From: a virus | Direction: 5' to 3' (one strand) | DNA: 64,000 nt | IMG/VR virus record: IMGVR_UViG_3300029258_001887 | Part shown: positions 23,101 through 32,761 of the stretch, in pieces | Layout of the letters: every line of letters starts with the position of its first letter | Position numbering within the stretch: position 1 is the stretch's first letter | Position numbers and translations under genes: made by a program | The notes under the pieces: model-generated | Database searches by the model: none | The model's input: only the letters and a program-made list of their open reading frames with translations | What the model was told of the DNA's origin: nothing

Positions 23101-25224
23101 AAGGGGTTGCTTGTAGATTCTGCTGGCGTAGTTCCTTCTACCGAGGAAGTTCAGAGTGCCTTCGAGTCTGTTCTGGGTAAGCAGCAACCATTCTATGATG
23201 CTGCCATTGATGTCTATAAGACTTGGTTGGATCGACAGATGCAGCAACTCAATCTGGCTCTTTCTGGTGAAGAAACTTTGGCTCAGGTTGATGTTGGTAC
23301 TGCCGAACTCAGTGATACCATTGTGAGAAGTTTGCGGAATGCTCTACAAAATGTCGGCCTTGAGATGGACACGCTTGGGTTTGATATTGGCCTTCAGGAC
23401 GCCAATGATGTTATGATTGACTTGGCGCAAAATGGAGACTTGGTAGCACAAGTGCTGCGGGAGTACGAAGGCAGTTACCGCAAACATGCTGAGTTACAGA
23501 GACAAGTAGCAGAGGCACAGCAAACTGGTGAAGGTGCCAGTCTAGGTCTGCTGAAAGCTTCTAATGAAGCATCGATTGAAGTGCTGAATCTTCAGGTCGC
23601 CCTAAGCCAATTGGCGAAGATCGCACAGCAGGCTCCGCAGGCGTTGTCCGAAAGACAAGAAGAGCAGCGAGAGCTTGGCTATGGCTTCAACGAGGAAGCC
23701 GCCGCAAGATTCTCTGAGCGACTCGAAGATAGCAGCAAGCAAATGTCGGAATTTATCAGTCGGCAACGCCAATTTATCGAAGCTCAAACGGCTATAGATG
23801 TTTCCCAAGCATTCGAGGAACCAGCGGATATTTTTGCGGCAGCATTGCGAGAGAGTGCCTCGGCAGTGCGGGCATTTACCTCGGCTTTGACCACAACCGA
23901 CTTGCAGAAGGGGCTTGGTGCTCTTAATGTCAGGACGACTCCAGAAGGTCGTGTATACACAGAACGTGCTCCTGTCCCGGAGGCTCGCCCGACAGAACAG
24001 CGGGCCGTAGAAACGCGACACCTGCAATCTGCGCTGTTTGGTGGAGATATGGGCCGCGTTATGGAGGCTATGGTCCAGGGTGCTGTTCAGGTGGCTGGTG
24101 ACAAGTTGCAGAGTCAACTCTACCGTGGTGATTACACAGAAGCAGAAGCTACCAAGGAATTCCGCGATAGCATTAAGGACTTCAAGGGCTTCATCTATGA
24201 TATCCCGAAATTGATTCAAGATAGTGGCTTGGACCCCACCGAAGTAGCTCGTGCCGCTGCCGATGTACTGAAAGAGCAGGCTGCTGAACCTGGAGTCCGA
24301 GAAGTTGAGCACATCGGAGCTTTGCAGCGATCTGTTGGAGACCTAACCAACAGCCTGAAAACTCTGATCGAACGACCCGAAGTGGCTCGTGAGCCACAGC
24401 AGATTATAGAACAACTGCCAGCTAGCATGTTGCAGATGTTGCAGAATCTAGGACAGCCGGGTATGCCATCGCCAGAAGCAGACGCAGCGCCACGCGCGTT
24501 CGAGGATATTTCTGCTTCAGCGGCGGATATCCAGAGGGCCGCATCTGAGACCCGGATGGCGGCTGACGCTACGGCTCGATCGACCGAAGAGATGAAAACC
24601 GCGTCCACGGATATGAGGACTGGCGGAACTGATTTGCTGACAGCCAGCAAGGGGATGAGTGAGTCTGTCGGTCAGTTGCAGGCGGTAGCTGACGTTCAGA
24701 GAGAAGCCCTATCTGCACAACAAGAGGCTGCTGCTGGTAGTGGCGCTGATGGGGAGGGTGCTCGTGAGGCTATCGCCCAGACCACAGAGGCCGTAAATGC
24801 TCTTGGCGAAAGAGTCGATTCGGTTGCCAAGGCCGTTGACACTCAGACGCAACAGGCAGCAGAATTGGCTGCCGCTGAGAGGGAGAAGCCCCTAGAAGTG
24901 GCAGGTCTGGAAGCGAATACCGAAGCGATTGCTTCTAATAATGAAGTCATCAATAAGTCCCAGGAGAGTATGGGTAGTCTCAACGAGGGTATGACAAGAA
25001 TCGCTGGAGCAATGGAGGAAGGTGTTGGCATTAACGTTGAGACTATGAGCGATGTCAAGATAGATGTTGCTGGTGTTGGGGAAGCAGCGAAAGAATTTAC
25101 GGCAGAGTTTGAAGCCGTAGCGACAAGGGTTGCTAAGGCTGAGATCAACGCCGTGCTCCAGCAGTTGGCTCGTGCGGCTGGTAGCTCGGAAGCTGCGGCT
25201 ACTTTTGAGAGTGCGGTAACTTAA
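20128..25224 (+). CDS. Tail tape measure protein
   Basis: 1698 aa, Ala/Gly-rich helical; TP901-type core (EFDTAM...FAASSEDIAKGVARGG); hydrophobic middle. Confidence 0.9.
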   Translation: MAFVLDVNLRIQEILGLQKVEAALGKLQGAVQTGAAAGAGAAAGAGGANAMTKAAKTQAAAANTLAAAQNNVTSSTNKMSAAQGKAASSTQQASGGMKKAGQSAESFAHSVRIAGRRYAAFVTATAAPLAIIGGLTKATASVIEFDTAMLKLRQIMGQTEQQIGGTRETILDLASSTGTAASEIARVGKILAQAGQRGDVLTESLTALSKVPLTPSFETIDAAIEGTIAALNQFNSEGLTTANVLDVMTALSNKFAASSEDIAKGVARGGAAFEAIGGTFQEFASVFTTIRQATRESAETVGTFMKTISSRLADPKIVNFLEGKGIRISEAIEAGNPVEAIKRIAATLKETASIQDRIEIGTKLGGRRQISRLLALISNIDVLDEALKTAAGSSGEFGKIAEEGLKGLQAQLNIMVQEWNKLVQSLAGPVFVPLIKMATQAGKALAYMADFAKPIIPALTYIVGFSAAFKLLAVSITSAGKALAFMGTVGRTVGGGLAATAAAAQGMALGAGAAGGAAGATARERVQRRLAGGVGVSAGGAAAAGAAGGRLTGLRGAAATSPMAALAAFGAITLVADKFSDSLEKAGSSTGVFAAETAKAIGIIGLAATVLSGKGLAGAITGVVGALGSFGAALAAAVAVLGAFTYAATKAVDIDVQGILDAAAKKVGEIQVSPGQLETQEGLQQVTGEVGLEAIKAIQESAERYGEGISGFLASTYERVKNLFQGEGLMTISDADAQQMIEDIVGNNPELLNQVLRSAIEQFGAGGLEAGIDQMLSESFGGNVEVAARIRQAMIKQLGGMEQIATNIEQVRIDAEVTKLGNAIAKASKDFETLHVPAQISTELGLLSDAVGNAARAIETNVTMFDRLSQVIGQDVGIAKPGTEFSREAVEQLVRTGDIGDLLDLSQFEGLDAFTTDMAQVGKALDDFMKSIIKSKANADSLRSLLSDPQVDPFDVLDDYIDKFMAEYPEQIPPEAEAAFKAAAAGLGQQLKGLLVDSAGVVPSTEEVQSAFESVLGKQQPFYDAAIDVYKTWLDRQMQQLNLALSGEETLAQVDVGTAELSDTIVRSLRNALQNVGLEMDTLGFDIGLQDANDVMIDLAQNGDLVAQVLREYEGSYRKHAELQRQVAEAQQTGEGASLGLLKASNEASIEVLNLQVALSQLAKIAQQAPQALSERQEEQRELGYGFNEEAAARFSERLEDSSKQMSEFISRQRQFIEAQTAIDVSQAFEEPADIFAAALRESASAVRAFTSALTTTDLQKGLGALNVRTTPEGRVYTERAPVPEARPTEQRAVETRHLQSALFGGDMGRVMEAMVQGAVQVAGDKLQSQLYRGDYTEAEATKEFRDSIKDFKGFIYDIPKLIQDSGLDPTEVARAAADVLKEQAAEPGVREVEHIGALQRSVGDLTNSLKTLIERPEVAREPQQIIEQLPASMLQMLQNLGQPGMPSPEADAAPRAFEDISASAADIQRAASETRMAADATARSTEEMKTASTDMRTGGTDLLTASKGMSESVGQLQAVADVQREALSAQQEAAAGSGADGEGAREAIAQTTEAVNALGERVDSVAKAVDTQTQQAAELAAAEREKPLEVAGLEANTEAIASNNEVINKSQESMGSLNEGMTRIAGAMEEGVGINVETMSDVKIDVAGVGEAAKEFTAEFEAVATRVAKAEINAVLQQLARAAGSSEAAATFESAVT

Positions 25225-25238
25225 ATGGGTGATAAATT

Positions 25239-28200
25239 GTGGCATTAAGACATTATGAAGAATATTATGGTGGATGGGTCTGCCCCAATGCGTCAAGTGA
25301 CGATCAGTGGATAGAATATGACTTAACCAGTTTTGGTGTTCCCGCTAGTGCTGTTGTTGAAATTGCTATAGCCCATCCTCGAAATAATACTGAATACTGG
25401 GCTGGTGTTCGTTCCAAAGGGTCAAGCATTGATCGTCGGGTACAAATTGCTGAATCAGAAGGTGAAGGCGATCATATTTGTACCATGTTGGTACAAGCCG
25501 ACGCAGATAGCCATATTGAATATTATTCAGACTATTATGCTGAAGATTTTCCATCTGTTATTGCACCAAATTTTACTATAGTTGGTTGGTGGATTGGTTG
25601 TCAATATGTTGAAAAATTTGAGAATTTTACTGCATCATCTGATTCGGTATGGGAAAGTTACGCACTTGATCAATATGGTATTAGTGGTAGTCCTGTAGTA
25701 GATATTGCTTTAGCCAATAGTAGTGCTAATACAGGCTATAATATTGGTATAAGATCAAGTGGTTCCCAACTAGAAAGACAATTTCATATTAAAGAAGCCG
25801 AAGGTGGTGGAGAAACATTTTTAAGCATACCTAGTGCGACCAGTGGAAATAATGCTGCTATTGATATTTATGTAGATAATACTCTTGCGTGTTCATATTA
25901 TTTATTAGGATATTTTGAAATTGCTCCTGGAAATTTTTCAGAGAGTTTTATTCAATATCCCAAACCTGATTCGCAAAATGAGGAATGGCAAAACTTAGAT
26001 ATAGGAAGTTCCGGTATACCTAGTGGTTGTACAGCTAATATTATTGTCAGTCATAACAATAGTGCAAATAGCAACCAGTTTGGTTCAAGATCTACGTCTT
26101 CATCTTTAGAACGTATTTTAAACCTAGATGAATCAGAAACAGATGGTACCACACCTGGTCGTACATGGTGTAGTATGTATGTTAACACCGATGACGATGG
26201 TTATATACAATACATGGCTGAAGATATATCTTATGATGTACAAGTATATTTAGATGGATATTGGAATAATTTTACTAATTCTGATATTCCTTTTATAAAA
26301 TCAAATTGTATTTCATGTTTTATACAAGGATTAAATCCTAATGCACATTATATAGAACTTGACACTGATCCTGGTACAATTACAACATCACCCGCAGAAA
26401 CATGGAATACTTTAGATCTAACTGCATATGGTGTACCCGCATCATCTGGCAATATGAATATTGTTGCGGAAGTTATAATCAGCAATGAAGATAATGTAAA
26501 TGGTTATTATGGTGGAGCTAGATCAACCGATAGTAATTTGGATCGTAAATTTCAATTACACAATGCTTCTAATTATGATGTTGAATCTATTAGTGTTTTA
26601 GTTCCTGTTGATATTTCGGGTGCAATCCAAGTCTACGCAGAACATATCTCTGATATTACTTTTCGACTGGCTGGTTATTGGTGTGGTGGTCACTATATAG
26701 AATCTGCCAGTGGTTTTAATGCCAGCAGCGGTAGTGTTTGGGAGAATTATGATTTAGGTTCTGATTATGCCAATACTGTTGTGGAAGTATTGGTTGAAAA
26801 TTTATCGGATATCGCTCAAAGCGGTGGAGTTAGACAAATTGGTTCATCTCTAAATAGATATTTTGAAATTTGTAAAACTATAGATGGTGTTGAACGTGCT
26901 ACATTACATGTTAACACTAGCGGGGTTGGTGGAACTATTCAAGTATATGCTCAAAATACATCTGGTATTCAATTCAATCTGATAGGAAAGTGGGACATAC
27001 CACCTGGCCAATACAACGAACGTTTTCATGACGTCGGAACTGTAGGTGAAAATAGTGAATGGTATCCACTGGCAATTAGTGGTGTTACGGAATATGATGT
27101 TTGTGAAATTGCTTTAGAACATAGAGAAAATGATAGCAGCCGATCTTTAGGTGTGCGTCAAATTGGGTCAACTTTAGATACCAGATATTATGAGTTACGT
27201 GAAACAGGCGAAGCTATTAATGATACATCTTCGAGTATTATTAGAATACACAGCAACATAACCAGTGGCAATTATGCTGAATTTTGGCACGATATTGTAG
27301 TTAATCCTCACACTAATAGACTGGTAGGCTATTGGAATAATTTAAGATTCATCCCAATTATCAAAACATCAACTGTTCCCGCAATAATATTCGGTCATGC
27401 CTTTGGATCTTCCATAGATCTTTCATATCCAAGTGGTGTAACTTTATATATTGATGGCGCTCAAAAGAAAAGTATTGATTTGTTTATCAATGGGAATGAA
27501 GTTTTAAGTAATAATGTTAATATATTTATTGATGCATATAATACAATAAATACTAATGATAATTATCCTTCTGGCATTCCTATGAATATTCATGGCGCTC
27601 AACTAAAAGATATTAATTTATTTACTTATGGTCTAGATACACATTACACTTCTAATGACTTATATATTTTTGGTATTAATTTTTATGCCACAGATCCAGA
27701 TTATAGTGTCGGTTATCCATCTGGTGTGTCATGTTATATTGAAGGCATTGGTCTTACATCACATAATGATGAATGTAATCTGTTTATCAATAGTAAAAGT
27801 TCATCTAATGCATCGAATAACTTATACACTCAAGGTATTGATTTCCAATCAAAAATCAGTTCTTTATTTTTGAAAGTTCTGGAACAAACAACTGCATCAA
27901 TTAATATGTATATTCATAATCCTGTTGATCCTGGATCTGGTATTATTAGAGAATCAAATTGTATCTTCTACCTAAGTCGTCGTGATCATTATCCTGTGGT
28001 TGGTAATATTACAGAACATATTGAGACCATTGATTGGCCAGTCTCATCAACTATTATCACAAACACATCATGGTTACCAATTGTAGGAGCAACAACAACA
28101 GTAGGAGATGGCACACTTCCTATATATAATGATATGGGTGGTGGATTATCATCCCATTTGGGTGGTTATGCACTTGAAGATATAGCTCAAAATCAACAAC

Positions 28201-31004
28201 ATGTATGTGGTAGAATACAGGATTATGTTTATCCAGGATCGGGCAGTATCACTGCTGCATTTTGGATGTCTGGCGCAAAAACCGCTGGTAATCAAGTTGA
28301 TGTAGGATGGTTTTGGCATAGCTTGGAATCTTTGCCATCGGGAGATTTTCAATCTCCTGGGTCTACAATACAAGTTCACAGTGTTGGACTAAGAATAGCA
28401 GACGGAAATAATATTAATGTTTATACAACAGTTAAAGATAAATCATATGATCAAGTTGGGGATGGTAGTGGATGGTGGGGTGGTACCACTCACTGGGGTA
28501 CTCCAACTGGGTCTGATTGGTCATGGAATCCAAACGAAAGTGGAACATATCATACATGGAGACAATTCTGGCCGGAACAAAATATTCCGCATGATGATAT
28601 AGCATTTTTTATTGTTAGATCCGAATTTATTCCTAGTGGTATTGACGGAGATGCACCAGATCATATGAAGGTGTATCTTAGTGTTGATGGTCAACCATGG
28701 GTATATATCGGTTCTGGAATTACTGGACCACCTACCGGAACATTGTATAGTTCTTCAGATCCAAACAATCAATATGCAGAAAATGCCATCGGTGTAAAAT
28801 TGCGTGCAGTTAATCAGGATGGTGGTTTAGCAAATGTCAGTATATCGGTTAATGAAGTTGCTCTTTGGTCAGATTCTAGTAGGTTTACTGAAGACGAATT
28901 ATTAGGTTTATATAGTACAGTAGCTAATTATTATCGTCCACTAAGTGAATATAAACCAACAATATCACCATTACCTACATATATAAATCGTACCATTAGT
29001 CCATTTACATATGAACCATTTATACCTTCATCTTATTATCAAGGAGAAATATGGTCGGGGTGTTTAGTAACACTTGAGGTTGGTTTGGGAAATTATGGGG
29101 AAGATTGTTCTGCATATCTTCTAGAAGAAATTCCTCCATCTGGATTTCAAGTTCGTGATATTAGTCCATTACAAGTTACCTACCCTTCGCAAGGGTCACG
29201 TCCACCAACTAAACAGCAAATATTCCATGATCCCCAAAGTGGTATAATACAACCATATGAAAATGACTGGGCCAATACATACGGCGCTGCTGTTCGGTGG
29301 ATTTGTCATCACAATCATCCAGAGAAAGACCAGAGACGTTCCCCGAGACCTACCGCAACTTATACCTATAAGCTGTATCCGATTCATCACCTAGATGTTC
29401 CTAGAGTGGACGATTTCTCGTTTAGTGGTAGCGGACTTTTCTTCGGTGGCACGACAGGTAGTGGAGTGTTCACTGTCCTAACTACTGGTGATGTCAGTGG
29501 AACCACAAGTGGTTTGACAGGCAGCACCGTTATGCAGGGCATGGACATGTATATATCTGGACCACCAACAATTAGTGGAACAGCCAGCCTGTATCTCCGT
29601 ACACTAGAATCATTTACCAGTGCCTACATAGGAACAGCCGCTCGCACGCCAAAAATAACAGACTTTATCTATGCCGCTGATGGCGCAGCAGCTATTGAAA
29701 GCATGGCCGGTATGGAGTATGGCCCACATCTATGCATCAAAGGACCGCTACAATGCACAGAGACATGTAATTTAGTTATATTCGGTCCTGCTGCTGATAA
29801 TACCGATTTATTTATACATGGACATAATGCTTCCAGCACTAGTGGTAATTATCCATCTGGTATGCTTTTGAAAGTTGGAGATGGCCATTTGGTGAAGGTT
29901 GGCTCTGGCACTCTATTTGCACTTGGTCCTGTACCATATTCTGGCAACATGTATATGCATACACGGGCTGGTGCTTTTGAGCCACCTATCGATCTATTTA
30001 TGACTGGACATGAATGGTGGCTAGGATCGAGATGGTGCTTCACAAAGGGTCCAGAGTTTACTTGTTCCAGCGGTAATTTTCCGTATCCAGAATTTGATTA
30101 TCCTATTAATTCTGGTTCATTTACTTATCCGTCTGGCGGCAAGAGCCCCGACTTATATATAAAGGGACCGGAATTCATTTGTTCAAGTGGTAGCTTTGAT
30201 TACCCAGGAGACCCAGATGATTTCACCTATCCATACGGTGATCCAAGCCCAACACTCTATATGTGCGCTTCTGAAACAGCTACCGGTACTTGCCCATTAT
30301 ATATCGGGCCTCTTAAACACAACCAATCGTGGACCATCTACCTCAAGACCGAAGACAACGACAAGACTGGTTCGCTCAATCTGTTCATCAACTGTTTCAC
30401 ACCACCATCTGGGTCATCGGGTGTCAATCAGACATTCAACAACGCCAGACTCTACCTAGAGGCTGCCGACGCCGATTACCCATACACCGCTGGCGGGACA
30501 GAAGAGTGGACGCTGTTCTTGAAGGCCCAAGATGGCAACCTGACCAGCGACGAAGCGTGGACACTATTCCTGAAGTCTGATTTCACGGTACCAGCATCCT
30601 GCTCGATGTACATGCGCGGCCATGCTTCCGGCGAAGCGCCACGCGGGAACGAGATCAGCGACTCCGTAGGATTGGTGTGCAGCGTCAATCCTGACGACCC
30701 GACCCGGATCGGCTCCATGCCATGCAATGCGCATGGTGACCCGTGGACCCTGTTCTTGAAGTGCGAGCCCGGCTACTTCGGAACGGCCACTCTGTACATG
30801 TCGGGAGCCATCCCAGCACTGTATTCTGCGTCGGGCAATCTGTTTGTAGAGGGACTCTTTGAACAAGAGACTGGTACAGCACTGCTTTATTTGATGGGCA
30901 TCTCTGGACTGTTCAATAACGGCCCAAGCGGGCTTCACCTGTTCTTAGACGCTGGTACCCTTGTGTATAATACCAGCGGGAACCTGTATACGCACGGGTA
31001 TTAA
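25239..31004 (+). CDS. Large tail/virion protein with repeated beta domains
   Basis: 1921 aa; ~6 N-terminal ~110-aa repeats; short L(F/Y)IxG repeats; many Ser-Gly dipeptides. Confidence 0.75.
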   Translation: MALRHYEEYYGGWVCPNASSDDQWIEYDLTSFGVPASAVVEIAIAHPRNNTEYWAGVRSKGSSIDRRVQIAESEGEGDHICTMLVQADADSHIEYYSDYYAEDFPSVIAPNFTIVGWWIGCQYVEKFENFTASSDSVWESYALDQYGISGSPVVDIALANSSANTGYNIGIRSSGSQLERQFHIKEAEGGGETFLSIPSATSGNNAAIDIYVDNTLACSYYLLGYFEIAPGNFSESFIQYPKPDSQNEEWQNLDIGSSGIPSGCTANIIVSHNNSANSNQFGSRSTSSSLERILNLDESETDGTTPGRTWCSMYVNTDDDGYIQYMAEDISYDVQVYLDGYWNNFTNSDIPFIKSNCISCFIQGLNPNAHYIELDTDPGTITTSPAETWNTLDLTAYGVPASSGNMNIVAEVIISNEDNVNGYYGGARSTDSNLDRKFQLHNASNYDVESISVLVPVDISGAIQVYAEHISDITFRLAGYWCGGHYIESASGFNASSGSVWENYDLGSDYANTVVEVLVENLSDIAQSGGVRQIGSSLNRYFEICKTIDGVERATLHVNTSGVGGTIQVYAQNTSGIQFNLIGKWDIPPGQYNERFHDVGTVGENSEWYPLAISGVTEYDVCEIALEHRENDSSRSLGVRQIGSTLDTRYYELRETGEAINDTSSSIIRIHSNITSGNYAEFWHDIVVNPHTNRLVGYWNNLRFIPIIKTSTVPAIIFGHAFGSSIDLSYPSGVTLYIDGAQKKSIDLFINGNEVLSNNVNIFIDAYNTINTNDNYPSGIPMNIHGAQLKDINLFTYGLDTHYTSNDLYIFGINFYATDPDYSVGYPSGVSCYIEGIGLTSHNDECNLFINSKSSSNASNNLYTQGIDFQSKISSLFLKVLEQTTASINMYIHNPVDPGSGIIRESNCIFYLSRRDHYPVVGNITEHIETIDWPVSSTIITNTSWLPIVGATTTVGDGTLPIYNDMGGGLSSHLGGYALEDIAQNQQHVCGRIQDYVYPGSGSITAAFWMSGAKTAGNQVDVGWFWHSLESLPSGDFQSPGSTIQVHSVGLRIADGNNINVYTTVKDKSYDQVGDGSGWWGGTTHWGTPTGSDWSWNPNESGTYHTWRQFWPEQNIPHDDIAFFIVRSEFIPSGIDGDAPDHMKVYLSVDGQPWVYIGSGITGPPTGTLYSSSDPNNQYAENAIGVKLRAVNQDGGLANVSISVNEVALWSDSSRFTEDELLGLYSTVANYYRPLSEYKPTISPLPTYINRTISPFTYEPFIPSSYYQGEIWSGCLVTLEVGLGNYGEDCSAYLLEEIPPSGFQVRDISPLQVTYPSQGSRPPTKQQIFHDPQSGIIQPYENDWANTYGAAVRWICHHNHPEKDQRRSPRPTATYTYKLYPIHHLDVPRVDDFSFSGSGLFFGGTTGSGVFTVLTTGDVSGTTSGLTGSTVMQGMDMYISGPPTISGTASLYLRTLESFTSAYIGTAARTPKITDFIYAADGAAAIESMAGMEYGPHLCIKGPLQCTETCNLVIFGPAADNTDLFIHGHNASSTSGNYPSGMLLKVGDGHLVKVGSGTLFALGPVPYSGNMYMHTRAGAFEPPIDLFMTGHEWWLGSRWCFTKGPEFTCSSGNFPYPEFDYPINSGSFTYPSGGKSPDLYIKGPEFICSSGSFDYPGDPDDFTYPYGDPSPTLYMCASETATGTCPLYIGPLKHNQSWTIYLKTEDNDKTGSLNLFINCFTPPSGSSGVNQTFNNARLYLEAADADYPYTAGGTEEWTLFLKAQDGNLTSDEAWTLFLKSDFTVPASCSMYMRGHASGEAPRGNEISDSVGLVCSVNPDDPTRIGSMPCNAHGDPWTLFLKCEPGYFGTATLYMSGAIPALYSASGNLFVEGLFEQETGTALLYLMGISGLFNNGPSGLHLFLDAGTLVYNTSGNLYTHGY

Positions 31005-31015
31005 GGGAGGACAAG

Positions 31016-32761
31016 ATGGCTTCGGTTGTATATGACAGCAAAGCAATTATTCCAGCACCACTGGTAACGGTGACCAAGGTATACCGTGCTGCGGGTGATG
31101 GCGGGAAGCACGGTGTGGGGTATGAGATTTCGCTGGCAGGAACGCTCCTGCCGTTCCGAGGTTCCCCAAGCGGTAGTTACCCTCTGGGCGACCCATCCAA
31201 CGCTTTCTGGACGGTTGGTGGCTATCCACCGGATGAGACATACGTGGGCGGCGATACGCCGTTCGTGCAGCTAGAGCGCAAGCAAGAGGCCCTACGGTGG
31301 CTGTTCAGGGAAGATGGTAAGGTGCTGGAGTGGTACGGCGGTGCCGCTTCCCCGGTCAAGTGTCGTCCGAAAGTCCGATCGATCAATTTCCCAGAAGGGC
31401 AATGGGCCGATCGTTGCGAATATCGGATTGAACTAGAAGCTGAATATCTGACGGGCATTATCGACGAGGACATTTTTGATGCTTCGGGTCTTCAGGATGT
31501 GTCGGAAGAATGGCAGTTCAGCGAAGTGGCAGGACACGAAGGTAAGGTGTTCGAGATTAGCCACGTTGTTAGTGCCAAGGGGTTGTTGACGTTCGACGAA
31601 ACAACCGGGGATGAGACTCAGGCTTGGGCCAACGCCAAGGGATGGTGTGATGCACGAGTCGCTGGGACACCAGACAGCACCTTTGTCTCCTACGCGACTG
31701 GCTTCACCAATTGGGTTAACGGCAGCTACACCAAGAACCTGAATGTGGCGGAACGCGATGGTAGCTATGCTATTACTGAGACGTGGAGAATTCGAGAAGC
31801 GGGTCCAGGCGAAGTCGCTGCGACCTATGTTGAGAAAACATTTACAGTAATCCATCGCACCGAAGATGAGGCTGTCGATGTCAGTTACAATGGAACCATT
31901 TACGGTTTACACGATCAAGAGCGCACTGGGGGATCATCCGCCGTGGCGAACGCGAAGGCGGAAGTTCCGACGAATGCCGCAGCCAAGACTGAGACGGAGA
32001 CATCGTTGGGCACACTGCTGGAAGGCTATGTGATACCAACGTCGCCGACTCAGAAGAACGTTACGGTTAACGAAAAAGACGCAGTTGTCACCTTCAGCTT
32101 TAGCTGGTCTGCTGGTGAAGATGCTGATTACACACAGGGTAATGAGGCTACCTTATCCTACAATGCTAGAGATGGTGTCTACACTCTTTCGCTCAGTGTT
32201 GATATCGAAGGCAAGGGGGATACGAAAACAGCACGGCTCAATAATGCTAGAAGCAATATCCCATCAGATACCGACGCCAGAACACTAGCTCAGACCTTGA
32301 TCGGATCGCAAAAGCCCGCTGGTGTTACCTTTACTGGTACCCATATAGCCAAAACGAGTGCGTTGAACGAAACAAGGGGGACATCTCGGACGGCGTGGAC
32401 CTGGACAGACAAGGACGAGAACAATGTCGATATTGTCGTCGATATTGCATATCCACAAATTATGGCAGCAAAGTTGTTTATTCCTGGCCGAATAGCTGGC
32501 CCAATCATTCAGCGGATCAACACAGCTACCGCCCAACAGATTAGTGTAAGCTATCGTTCCGAGGGGCATGGGTCAACAAAGCCTGATACTGATACGGTTG
32601 CTGATACCATGGATGCAGCAGGGGGTGTACCGTATGGTCCTCTGATCAGTCCGTGGTATCCTGGGTCATACATTCTAGAGAGTGATCATGAAGTGTGGAA
32701 TCCCACAACTGGTAAATACTCTCGTACTAGGGTGCATACGGTAACGGAGAGTGGATCGTAA
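31016..32761 (+). CDS. Putative tail/baseplate protein
   Basis: 581 aa beta-rich, downstream of tape measure, GGAGG RBS. Confidence 0.65.
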   Translation: MASVVYDSKAIIPAPLVTVTKVYRAAGDGGKHGVGYEISLAGTLLPFRGSPSGSYPLGDPSNAFWTVGGYPPDETYVGGDTPFVQLERKQEALRWLFREDGKVLEWYGGAASPVKCRPKVRSINFPEGQWADRCEYRIELEAEYLTGIIDEDIFDASGLQDVSEEWQFSEVAGHEGKVFEISHVVSAKGLLTFDETTGDETQAWANAKGWCDARVAGTPDSTFVSYATGFTNWVNGSYTKNLNVAERDGSYAITETWRIREAGPGEVAATYVEKTFTVIHRTEDEAVDVSYNGTIYGLHDQERTGGSSAVANAKAEVPTNAAAKTETETSLGTLLEGYVIPTSPTQKNVTVNEKDAVVTFSFSWSAGEDADYTQGNEATLSYNARDGVYTLSLSVDIEGKGDTKTARLNNARSNIPSDTDARTLAQTLIGSQKPAGVTFTGTHIAKTSALNETRGTSRTAWTWTDKDENNVDIVVDIAYPQIMAAKLFIPGRIAGPIIQRINTATAQQISVSYRSEGHGSTKPDTDTVADTMDAAGGVPYGPLISPWYPGSYILESDHEVWNPTTGKYSRTRVHTVTESGS

